From: Escherichia phage vB_EcoM_IME392
Length of the DNA: 64,000 nt
Reading direction: 5' to 3' (one strand)
Sequence record: MH719082.1
The position numbers were made by a program, and so were the translations under genes. The notes under the pieces are model-generated. The model was not told where the DNA came from. It did not search any database and saw only the letters and a list, made by a program, of their open reading frames with translations. Of the stretch, positions 53,611 to 62,615 are shown piece by piece. The number at the start of each line of letters is the position of its first letter. Within the stretch, counting starts at the first letter, position 1.

Positions 53611-54528
53611 ATGGGTACTTATCAGGGTAAAAATCAGTACGTAGAGGACATCTATACCTTCGAACGTACTGACAAAGTGTCGGGTGGTGATGACGGTATT
53701 GATAACGTACCCATTAAGAATCTTACCGACAGAACTACATATCTCCGTAGTCTAGCATTGAATTCATTCCTGGATATCTATGGGATTAACCCAGTAGGTA
53801 CTTTCGGGATAGGATTTGATCTCCAGGACTCTGGGGATGGTGTGTATGACGAGGTGTCTGGCAAGTGGTATTACTGGCTAGGCTCCTTCCCCAAATCTGT
53901 TGCCGAGAATTCTTCTCCGGAAGATACTGGTGGTATCTTCGACCCAGAAAGTAATCCAGATGGATTATGGACTGAGGTAATTCCGGTAAACCAGCGTCAG
54001 GTAGATATGGCTGCTCGGGCATTCCGAGTTAAGACCGAAGAAGTCCAGTTCATGAAAGTAGGTCGTCCTCTCGACGGCTTTCGTGTATTGTATGACTTAG
54101 CTTCCCAGGAAGCTTATCGTTTACCTATGGATATCCCTGAAGGATCAACTATTGTTAGCTTAACAGACGGAGGGTGGCTAGAGCATAGCAATGGCAGGGT
54201 AAACTTATCTGCTTACGCCGTCGAATTAGAAGAGTATAAGTACTTTACCGGAGGCGACTTCAGTACCGGCTTTACTCTACGTCAGAACCACTGCATAGTT
54301 ATGCATGATGGTGTTCTGTATCGCTGGGATGGCGATTTTCCGAAGACCGTAAATGCTAACAGTACTCCAGAATCAGACGGTATTGGTGATGGTAAATGGG
54401 TTCCTGTTAAGACTGGTGCCCTGTATCGCTATGCTACTGTTGCCCAGTTAGATAGTGTTGAGAATGCTCTAACTACTCGCATAAACGAAGTAGAGAGCGC
54501 CGCTTTTGTTAACGCATTACTGTTCTAA
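53611..54528 (+). CDS. Tail fibre/tailspike-associated protein (paralogue of 52831)
   Basis: N-terminal 120 aa are paralogous to 52831. The G.Y.W.G.FPK.V...S.P...G module occurs twice. Confidence 0.45.
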   Translation: MGTYQGKNQYVEDIYTFERTDKVSGGDDGIDNVPIKNLTDRTTYLRSLALNSFLDIYGINPVGTFGIGFDLQDSGDGVYDEVSGKWYYWLGSFPKSVAENSSPEDTGGIFDPESNPDGLWTEVIPVNQRQVDMAARAFRVKTEEVQFMKVGRPLDGFRVLYDLASQEAYRLPMDIPEGSTIVSLTDGGWLEHSNGRVNLSAYAVELEEYKYFTGGDFSTGFTLRQNHCIVMHDGVLYRWDGDFPKTVNANSTPESDGIGDGKWVPVKTGALYRYATVAQLDSVENALTTRINEVESAAFVNALLF

Positions 54529-54537
54529 GGAATACCC

Positions 54538-54879
54538 ATGGCAGCTAAATTTAAACGAGCTAGCGCTACGCTAACTAAATCTGAATCTACCATTTATACT
54601 ACTCCGGCTACTGGTGCTATAATCGTTGGAATCCTGGCAGCCCATAATGGTGTTACAGATGCTGCAGCTCAGTTTCAGCTTAAGATTAAACCTGCATCTG
54701 GAAATGATGTATACCTGCTAGGTAAAGACACTAATCTTCCTCAGAAGTCGGCATTGAATATCGATTCTGCTAAGGTAATTCTCATGGATGGTGATCAGGT
54801 AGTAGCTTCAGCATCTGCTGTAGATACTTCTAATAACTCGAACATGGTAGACCTGACTCTTTCCATTGTGGAGAACTAA
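54538..54879 (+). CDS. Small hypothetical tail-fibre-cluster protein
   Basis: 113-aa ORF with RBS AAGGA. Confidence 0.4.
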   Translation: MAAKFKRASATLTKSESTIYTTPATGAIIVGILAAHNGVTDAAAQFQLKIKPASGNDVYLLGKDTNLPQKSALNIDSAKVILMDGDQVVASASAVDTSNNSNMVDLTLSIVEN

Positions 54880-54880
54880 T

Positions 54881-56227
54881 ATGGGTGGTTATATTGGTTT
54901 CAATCCATCTGATGGTGCTGGTGAACTTCGTAATGAATTGACTCCTAAGATCAAGAACAACCAGGATAACATCATCGAGTTGTGGGCGAATGACTTAGCC
55001 GATTGTGGTTACAATCTGGCAGCTACTTTCGAGTTCGGTGGTATCTTATCTAACCGATTCGATCTGGTAGTATCTCTTGATCGTCAGCGTGCATATTCAT
55101 GGAAGGGTAACTTTCCAGTAGATATTGCAAACGCACCTATCACCCATTCTAATTGGGTACCTTGGTCGATCGACCAAATGGGTGCTGGTAACTTATTGGA
55201 AGTTAAGTGGGTATCCTCTCGTAAGTTATTAGGGTCACCATTATGGGGTGGATTCGTAGCAGCTGATGGTGGTATCTTCTCACGTATCTTGTATCCTGAT
55301 ACTTGGGCAGCAGTCAATGCTGGACTAGTACAAGTATGTCCTGAAGCTGACTGGGTAGCTGATCCTACTAAGCGCCACTGCTATACTACTGGTGATGGTA
55401 CTACTACCTTCCGAGTACCTGACTTAAATGGTGCGTACCGTCATCCTAGTGACTCCTCTAAGAACTCCATTCCAGGATTATTCTTACGTGGTGATAATGG
55501 TAGTGACTACGGATACGTCCAGCGTAATGCTGCACCTAATATTACTGGTATTATACAAGGTCGTACTTCTGGTACTTATGGTCGACTATTCAGTCAATCT
55601 ACTATTAATAGTGGAGCATTACAAACTAGTGATGAGAATGGTGGTGAATTCGCTACTGGTACAGTAACTGCATCGACTCCATCTGATCGTATGAGTAAGT
55701 TACTATTTGATGCATCAAAATCACTTACACCAGGTGCTGAGGCTTACGGTCGTGCTGAACCTAATGGTGCACCTGCTGATGAAGTCCGACCTAACAGTGC
55801 AGTAGGTTGTTACGCTATCCGTCTACAAGGTCGAGTTGTGAATCCCGGTACGGTGGATCTGTTATCATTAGTTGATACAGTTGCAGGTATGACTATAGGT
55901 AATACACCTAGCAGTAATCAGATTCCTAACATGAAGCATTGGACTCGTGGAGGGTCAGGTCGTGCATGGTGGAGGAAAGAACCTGATGGATTCATTAGAC
56001 AGGGAGGATTCTTTACTGCTAATGTTAGACCTGGTTCAGGTACTAAAGTGTACGTTGATGTAACATGGGCTATACCATTCCCTAATGAATGTAACTCAGT
56101 AACCGTAGGTGATGCTGGATTCGGTGATGGTAATATGTGGGGCGCCACTAATATCACCAGGACTGGAGCTCGTTTATGGTGTAGCGCAGTAGGCGAGGGT
56201 GGTTACTACTTGGCTGAGGGCTACTAA
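54881..56227 (+). CDS. Tail fibre protein with phage tail-collar-like domain
   Basis: Start ATG 54881 after GGAGAA. The ORF-track start 54866 is TTG. ...KRHCYTTGDGTTTFRVPDLNGAYRHP...LFLRGDNGSDYGYVQRNAAPN is paralogous to 56667. Confidence 0.55.
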   Translation: MGGYIGFNPSDGAGELRNELTPKIKNNQDNIIELWANDLADCGYNLAATFEFGGILSNRFDLVVSLDRQRAYSWKGNFPVDIANAPITHSNWVPWSIDQMGAGNLLEVKWVSSRKLLGSPLWGGFVAADGGIFSRILYPDTWAAVNAGLVQVCPEADWVADPTKRHCYTTGDGTTTFRVPDLNGAYRHPSDSSKNSIPGLFLRGDNGSDYGYVQRNAAPNITGIIQGRTSGTYGRLFSQSTINSGALQTSDENGGEFATGTVTASTPSDRMSKLLFDASKSLTPGAEAYGRAEPNGAPADEVRPNSAVGCYAIRLQGRVVNPGTVDLLSLVDTVAGMTIGNTPSSNQIPNMKHWTRGGSGRAWWRKEPDGFIRQGGFFTANVRPGSGTKVYVDVTWAIPFPNECNSVTVGDAGFGDGNMWGATNITRTGARLWCSAVGEGGYYLAEGY

Positions 56228-56655
56228 TGGCTAATTATCTATATAGCAATTCTCGTAAATCGTTCTATCCAGTATCGTTAATAGAAAATTATCAAAATAG
56301 CATAAACGGATTACCTGAAGATTTAGTAGAAGTCAGTGATTCTGACTTTAATGAATTTTCTCAGAGTCGTACTAATGAGTGCTGTAATTTAACTGAATCA
56401 GGATTCGAGTGGATTCCTAAAGGTCCTGAACCAGTATCAGTCGAAGATGCTCATCGTATCAAGAGTATCTTGATAAATAGTGCTAATAAGACTATTAGTA
56501 CCTGGCAGACTAAGTTGATGCTTAATAGACTATCTGACGAAGATAAAGTCAAACTGAATGCTTGGTTGGACTACATCGATGAGCTGGAAGCTATCAATCC
56601 TGACTCAGTAGAAGATACATCAGCTATCCCGTGGCCTACTGCTCCTGAAGCATAA
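56227..56655 (+). CDS. Tail fibre assembly chaperone (Tfa-like)
   Basis: C-terminal LNRLSDEDKVKLNAWLDYIDELEAINPDSVEDTSAIPWPTAPEA matches the Caudovirales tail-fibre-assembly-protein C-terminal pattern (...W.DY...L.....P..WP..P). Confidence 0.55.
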   Translation: MANYLYSNSRKSFYPVSLIENYQNSINGLPEDLVEVSDSDFNEFSQSRTNECCNLTESGFEWIPKGPEPVSVEDAHRIKSILINSANKTISTWQTKLMLNRLSDEDKVKLNAWLDYIDELEAINPDSVEDTSAIPWPTAPEA

Positions 56656-56666
56656 AGAGGTATAAA

Positions 56667-58118
56667 ATGTCAAATGGATATATTGGTACCTACCCTAAAT
56701 TCGCTATTTATTCTCCTGAGAAATTGGCGAAAGGTACCACCACTAAGACTCTGCAGTATGCTCCAGGATCAGCTTATGCAATTCTGGTAGTAGTAGGCGG
56801 GGCGATTCAGGAACCTAACGTAGCCTATACTGTAGCAGGTAATGTCATTACTTTCACGGAGACGCTCCCGTACGATGGATGGGTTCAGTACCGTGGACTT
56901 GAAGGTAAGGATGCTACTGACTTTATCGCAGCTGCAGGTGATCCAGTACTATCAGCACGTTGGGCATTCTCACGTGATCATATCTGGGATGGATTCGTTC
57001 CACTAGATGGTCAGGAATTATCTCGTGCTATGTACCCGTCAGCATGGGAGGCTATCAATGCTGGATTAGTACCAGTCGAGGATGATGCTGCATGGTTGGC
57101 TGATCCCAAGAAACGTGCATCGTTTACTAAGGGTGATGGTACTTCAACATTCCGAGTACCTGACCTTAATGGTAAGTTGGGTGATTCTATAAAGGGACTG
57201 CACATCCGTGGAGATAATGGTGATTCAGCTCGTACCGGTAAAGTACTCCAGAATGGCGCTCCGAATATTACAGGATACACTAATTTATTAGGGTATAACA
57301 CATGGGCAAATAATGCCGGAGCGGCCAACGGTGCATTAAACTTAAGCCAGGGTTTAGCATTCTCCAACGGTACCGATTTAGTTGTAAACTCTTCTTACAG
57401 AGAATTAAGAGCTAATTTAGATGCATCTAAATCTAATGCATCTTATGGTCGTGACGGCACTGATGAAGTGCGTCCTAATGCAGCTATTGGATGCTGGGTA
57501 GTCAAGTTATTCGCAGGTATCGCTAATGCTGGTGTAGCTGATCTGCAGCAAGTGCTAGTCACGTTAGCTGGTAAGATGGATAAGACCAAGTACGAATTCG
57601 GTGTACCAATGATTGGCGTACCATTCTACTGGCCATCGGATAAGATGCCTGATGAAGTATATCCTGAGCTGAAAGGTATGCACTTCATCCAAGCTCGTGG
57701 TGATAACTTCGATGCTGAACTGTATCCTAAGTTAGCTACTGTTTATCCTAATAATAAGTTACCAGATTTACGTGGTGAATTCATCCGTGGTTGGGATGAC
57801 GGACGTGAAGTGGATACTGGACGAGCTCTGCTATCGCGTCAATCACATTCAATTATTGAACACTCACACTATATGGAGTTGTGGACAGGTGACGTACTTC
57901 ATTCTGGGGATGCTAGAGATGGGGTAAATGCAGGAGTACTGGCTACCTATGGTGATGGTGGGTCAATTAAATCTGACGAATCAGGTAATCATGTACCCTC
58001 CTTAGTACGAGCTATTAATACTCGTAATATTAATCGTTACAACGTAAATAGCGAAAATATAAGCACAGAAAACCGTCCACGTAACGTAGCATATAACATC
58101 ATTGTAAGGGCATTATAA
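56667..58118 (+). CDS. Tail fibre protein with phage tail-collar domain
   Basis: ...KKRASFTKGDGTSTFRVPDLNG... and C-terminal LPDLRGEFIRGWDDGREVDTGRAL, the canonical collar-domain motif. Confidence 0.65.
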   Translation: MSNGYIGTYPKFAIYSPEKLAKGTTTKTLQYAPGSAYAILVVVGGAIQEPNVAYTVAGNVITFTETLPYDGWVQYRGLEGKDATDFIAAAGDPVLSARWAFSRDHIWDGFVPLDGQELSRAMYPSAWEAINAGLVPVEDDAAWLADPKKRASFTKGDGTSTFRVPDLNGKLGDSIKGLHIRGDNGDSARTGKVLQNGAPNITGYTNLLGYNTWANNAGAANGALNLSQGLAFSNGTDLVVNSSYRELRANLDASKSNASYGRDGTDEVRPNAAIGCWVVKLFAGIANAGVADLQQVLVTLAGKMDKTKYEFGVPMIGVPFYWPSDKMPDEVYPELKGMHFIQARGDNFDAELYPKLATVYPNNKLPDLRGEFIRGWDDGREVDTGRALLSRQSHSIIEHSHYMELWTGDVLHSGDARDGVNAGVLATYGDGGSIKSDESGNHVPSLVRAINTRNINRYNVNSENISTENRPRNVAYNIIVRAL

Positions 58119-58726
58119 TGAGCATTGAATTTAACGATCAAGGTTTTGCCACCACTTCTGGTAAAGTGATGGTTTATAACTACAATGAAGATACTCGTGA
58201 ATTCACATTTAATCGTGAAGAGTTTATCTACGTAGGTGTATCGGTACCAGCTCACTCCACAATCGTTCCAGTGCCTGCAGAACGTGAAGGATATGCTCGA
58301 GTGTATCATGAAGATACCAAGAAGTGGGAATATGTAGAAGATCACCGTGGAGTAGAAGTTTACTCAAAAGCTGATCAAACTAAAGTAACTATCCAGGAAC
58401 TCGGACCTATCGACGATATCTACACTACGATTGCTCCTACTTCAATCCATGATAATTGGGATGAAGATACTGGTGCATGGGTACTAGATGAAGTTGCTGA
58501 GCACGAAGCTAAGGTGGTTGCGGCTGATGCCAAGAAAGTAACATTGATTGAGGATGCTAATGCTTATATCAATAGTAAGCAGTGGCCATCCAAACTGGCA
58601 ATGGGCCGACTGAGCGATGCTGATAAAGTCAAGTTCAATTTGTGGCTAGATTATCAGGAGGAAGTAGAAGCTATTGAAACTACTGATCCTGATACTATCG
58701 TATGGCCAGAAGCACCTGCTAAGTAA
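58118..58726 (+). CDS. Tail fibre assembly chaperone (Tfa-like), paralogue of 56227
   Basis: C-terminal MGRLSDADKVKFNLWLDYQEEVEAIETTDPDTIVWPEAPAK. Confidence 0.55.
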   Translation: MSIEFNDQGFATTSGKVMVYNYNEDTREFTFNREEFIYVGVSVPAHSTIVPVPAEREGYARVYHEDTKKWEYVEDHRGVEVYSKADQTKVTIQELGPIDDIYTTIAPTSIHDNWDEDTGAWVLDEVAEHEAKVVAADAKKVTLIEDANAYINSKQWPSKLAMGRLSDADKVKFNLWLDYQEEVEAIETTDPDTIVWPEAPAK

Positions 58727-58801
58727 TATTTATTAAGGGGTAGTTATGTCAATTAATTACATGACTCCAGATAGTATCGTGATTGTAAGTGAGGTGTCAA
58801 T

Positions 58802-59425
58802 ATGAGCCTCACCCGTCTTAAGTATTTAATGAACGAAGGTACAGATGCTGAAGTTGAAGCGTATCTACGCCAGCTGGGTATCGGTAATGGAGCTCCATTA
58901 ATAGGAGTACCGTTCCCGTGGGTTCATCCTACCAAGATGCCTGATGAGATATTTACTTCAATGAAGGGTATGCGATTTCTGAAGATGAATGGTCAGACAT
59001 TCGATCCAGAAACATACCCAGAACTGGCTAAGCTATGGACAACTAATCAGTTACAAGATCTACGTGCACAATTTATCCGTGGATGGGATGACGGTCGAGG
59101 CATGGATGCAGGACGAACGATCAATACTGGTCAGTCAGATTCTGCCCCAGAAATATCTGGTTGGTTCAGGACTGTTAATACTGAGAATGCATCAATCTGG
59201 GAAAGCATAACATCAGGATTTGGTTCTGGAGCTCTCTACGGTACTAATACTAAAGGTCAGTATTATAGATTAGCGGGACTTCCAATGGATATTAACGCTA
59301 CCTATAAGTATCCTACAGTAATTAACTTCTTGGCATCACGATCATCTTCAGTATATGGACGAAACGGCACCAATGAAATTGTACCTAAAAACGTAGCATT
59401 TCTGTACATCGTTCGAGCTAAATAA
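58802..59425 (+). CDS. Short tail fibre protein with tail-collar domain
   Basis: LQDLRAQFIRGWDDGRGMDAGRTIN collar motif. 207 aa. Confidence 0.6.
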   Translation: MSLTRLKYLMNEGTDAEVEAYLRQLGIGNGAPLIGVPFPWVHPTKMPDEIFTSMKGMRFLKMNGQTFDPETYPELAKLWTTNQLQDLRAQFIRGWDDGRGMDAGRTINTGQSDSAPEISGWFRTVNTENASIWESITSGFGSGALYGTNTKGQYYRLAGLPMDINATYKYPTVINFLASRSSSVYGRNGTNEIVPKNVAFLYIVRAK

Positions 59426-59504
59426 ATAAATAGCTACAATAGCAGGTGCAACTTGTACATGGGTTATGATAAACGAAGTGTTGACAATATCATAGGGTGA
59501 TTAA

Positions 59505-62492
59505 ATGTCTTATAATCCAATTGTAGAAGGGTCAACTTGGCCCGAGACTATTCGCCGCTTAGAAAAGACGGATAGGGCAGAAGGCGGTCAACTAGTTACT
59601 AATTCTAAGGATGAACCAGTATCCGGACATATTAATCATCCAATAACCCAATTAGCTACTAGAACCTCCATTTTAAAAAAGTCTAATTTATCGATAATTA
59701 ATAATACTAAAGAACAGTGGAAGTTATTACTCGGTGACTTAGGACTAACTCTTGTTGGCACTTTTGAAGAAGGTGCTACAGTAAACAGTAAAAAGGATGC
59801 TGTCTGGCATATTGATGGTGGCCAGTGCTACGTGTGGGGTGGCGTGCTCCCTAAGACTGTATATGCTAACTCCTCACCGCTAACTACTGGTGGTGTCTCT
59901 TCTGATGCTTGGGTTAGTATTGGTGATACCGCACTGCGAGGGCAAATATCAGACCCGGATGGTGCAACAAAATACCCCGAATTGCAGATTGCTCGATGGC
60001 GTGACATTTTCGACCCTCGTGGTTGGGGAGCTAAAGGTGATGGATTAGTCGATGATACTGTGGCTCTTAATAATCTGTTAAGCGCTGCTCCAGTAGGTCA
60101 GAAAATTAATGGTAACGGCAGAACCTATAAAGTATCCGCACTTCCAGATATTAGCAGATTCGTTAACACTCGTTTCGTTTATGAGCGTATTCCTGGCCAG
60201 CCGCTTTATTATGTATCTGACGAGTTTGTTCAGGGTGAGTTAATTAAAATAACCGATACCCCTTATTACAATGCTTGGCCTCAGGATAAAGCGTTCGTTT
60301 ACGACGATGTTATTTACTGTCCGTTCATGGCTAGCGATCGGCACGGGGTTAGCAGGCTTCATGTATCCTGGGTTCGCTCAGGTGATGACGGACAGACCTG
60401 GACGACCCCGGAGTGGCTAACTGACCTACACCCTAATTACCCAACAGTTAACTACCACTGTATGAGTATGGGGGTGATGCGTAATCGTCTCTTTGCGATG
60501 ATTGAGACCCGTACTTTAGCAGCTAACGCATTAGTGACCTGTGAGTTGTGGGATCGCCCCATGTCCCGTAACTACCATCTGACAGGTGGTATAACAAAAG
60601 CTGCCAACCAGCCTGTGGCTGTAATTACCATCCCTGAACACGGTCTTTTTGCTGGGGATTTTGTTAACTTCTCGAACTCTGGGGTGACTGGCGTTTCTGG
60701 GAATATGACTGTAACTTCAGTTATTGACCGCAACACGTTTACAGTTACCACGCCAAATCAACAAGCATTCGACCAAAATAACTCTACCAGCCGCTGGCAT
60801 ATGGGGACATCGTTCCATCAGTCACCATGGCGTAAAACCAGCCTTGGATTGATCCCTATGGTTACCGAGGTTCACAGTTTTACCGCCATCAATAACGATT
60901 CATTCATGATGGGGTACCATCAGGGTGATGTTGCTCCGCGTGAAGTAGGTATGTTGTATTTCCCTGATGCATTTAACAATCCTGGGCATTATATAAAACG
61001 ACGTATCCCTGCTGAATATGAGCCGGATGCGGCAGAACCCTGTGTTAAATATTTTGACGGTGTTCTTTATGTTGTAACCCGTGGAACTCGGTCGGACCGT
61101 CTGGGTAGTTCGCTTCATCGTAGTAATGATTTGGGTATAACCTGGCAATCATTGAGGTTCCCGAATAATGTCCACCACTCCACCCTGCCATTCGCTAAGG
61201 TAGGAAACGAACTGATTCTTTTCGGCACTGAACGCGCCGACAACGAGTGGGAAGCAAACGCACCCGACCAGCGATATTTTAGTTCTTACCCACGAACGTT
61301 TTACACGCGAGTGAACCTCGACACCTGGAACCTGGATAATACTCAGTGGGTGAATATCACTGACCAGATTTATCAGGGTGGTATTGTTAACTCTGGCGTC
61401 GGTGTCGGATCGGTCGTCGTGAAAGATAGTTATATCTATTACATGTTCGGTGGGGAAGACCATCTGAACCCATGGACATATGGAGATAACTTAGAGAAAG
61501 ACCCATTCAAATCAGACGGTCATCCCTCAGATTTGTATTGTTACAAAATGCAGATCGGTCCAGACAATCGTGTTTCTCGTGATTTCAGGTACGGTGCTGT
61601 ACCTGACAGAGCGGTTCCAGTGTTTTTTGATACGAATGGAGTTCGCACTGTTCCTGCTCCAATGGAATTTACAGGGGATTTGGGTTTAGGTCATGTGACC
61701 ATTAGAGCCAGCACCAGTAGTAACATTCGCTCTGAAGTTTTAATGGAAGGTGAGTATGGGTTTATCGGGAAATCTGTACCGACTAATAACCCTGCAGGTC
61801 AGCGCATCATATTTTGCGGAGGCGACGGTACCAGTTCTTCTACTGGTGCACAGATTACGCTTTACGGTGCGAGTAACACAGCTTCTCGCAGGATAGTTTA
61901 CAACGGAGATGAGCATCTGTTTCGGAGTGCTGATGTTAAGCCTTATAACGATAACGTCATTGCGCTTGGTGGGCCTAGCAACCGTTTCACCACTGCATAC
62001 CTCGGAAGCAACCCTATTGTTACTTCTAACGGAGAGAAGAAAACAGAGCCGGTAGTTTTTGATGATGCTTTTTTAGATGCTTGGGGCGATGTTCATTACA
62101 TCATGTATCAGTGGTTGGATTCTGTACACCTGAAAGGAAATGACGCTAGAATCCATTTTGGCGTAATTGCTCAGCAGATCCGCGATGTATTCATTGCTCA
62201 CGGTCTGATGGATGAGAACAGCACGGATTGCCGCTATGCTGTTCTGTGTTACGACAAATATCCTCGCATGACAGACATGGTGTTCTCTCACTATGAAATA
62301 GTTGAACACACTGACGAGGAGGGTAATGTCACTACCACGGAAGAACCTGTATACACCGAGGTGGTTATTCACGAAGAGGGTGAGGAGTGGGGTGTGAGGC
62401 CTGATGGAATTTTCTTTGCTGAGGCAGCATTCCAGAGAAGAAGACTGGAAAGAATCGAAGCCAGACTTTCCGATCTTGAAAAGAAGCAGTAA
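59505..62492 (+). CDS. Tailspike/depolymerase-like protein: N-terminal anchor module, pectate-lyase-like beta-helix, C-terminal S74 intramolecular chaperone domain
   Basis: WGAKGDGLVDDTVALNNLLSAAP (pectate-lyase_3-like). The C-terminal ...SNGEKKTEPVVFDDAFLDAWGDVHYIMYQWLD...IHFGVIAQQI...RLERIEARLSDLEKKQ is typical of the peptidase-S74 autocleaving chaperone domain. Confidence 0.65.
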   Translation: MSYNPIVEGSTWPETIRRLEKTDRAEGGQLVTNSKDEPVSGHINHPITQLATRTSILKKSNLSIINNTKEQWKLLLGDLGLTLVGTFEEGATVNSKKDAVWHIDGGQCYVWGGVLPKTVYANSSPLTTGGVSSDAWVSIGDTALRGQISDPDGATKYPELQIARWRDIFDPRGWGAKGDGLVDDTVALNNLLSAAPVGQKINGNGRTYKVSALPDISRFVNTRFVYERIPGQPLYYVSDEFVQGELIKITDTPYYNAWPQDKAFVYDDVIYCPFMASDRHGVSRLHVSWVRSGDDGQTWTTPEWLTDLHPNYPTVNYHCMSMGVMRNRLFAMIETRTLAANALVTCELWDRPMSRNYHLTGGITKAANQPVAVITIPEHGLFAGDFVNFSNSGVTGVSGNMTVTSVIDRNTFTVTTPNQQAFDQNNSTSRWHMGTSFHQSPWRKTSLGLIPMVTEVHSFTAINNDSFMMGYHQGDVAPREVGMLYFPDAFNNPGHYIKRRIPAEYEPDAAEPCVKYFDGVLYVVTRGTRSDRLGSSLHRSNDLGITWQSLRFPNNVHHSTLPFAKVGNELILFGTERADNEWEANAPDQRYFSSYPRTFYTRVNLDTWNLDNTQWVNITDQIYQGGIVNSGVGVGSVVVKDSYIYYMFGGEDHLNPWTYGDNLEKDPFKSDGHPSDLYCYKMQIGPDNRVSRDFRYGAVPDRAVPVFFDTNGVRTVPAPMEFTGDLGLGHVTIRASTSSNIRSEVLMEGEYGFIGKSVPTNNPAGQRIIFCGGDGTSSSTGAQITLYGASNTASRRIVYNGDEHLFRSADVKPYNDNVIALGGPSNRFTTAYLGSNPIVTSNGEKKTEPVVFDDAFLDAWGDVHYIMYQWLDSVHLKGNDARIHFGVIAQQIRDVFIAHGLMDENSTDCRYAVLCYDKYPRMTDMVFSHYEIVEHTDEEGNVTTTEEPVYTEVVIHEEGEEWGVRPDGIFFAEAAFQRRRLERIEARLSDLEKKQ

Positions 62493-62615
62493 ATAAAGAC
62501 TTTTACCGTAGGTAGGAGAAGGTAGAGGCTTCAATTTAAGATTTAACTTAAACTAATCACCACTCTAAAGTTACTAAGTGTTTGTACATCATGTAATATT
62601 TTATGGAGATCACCA

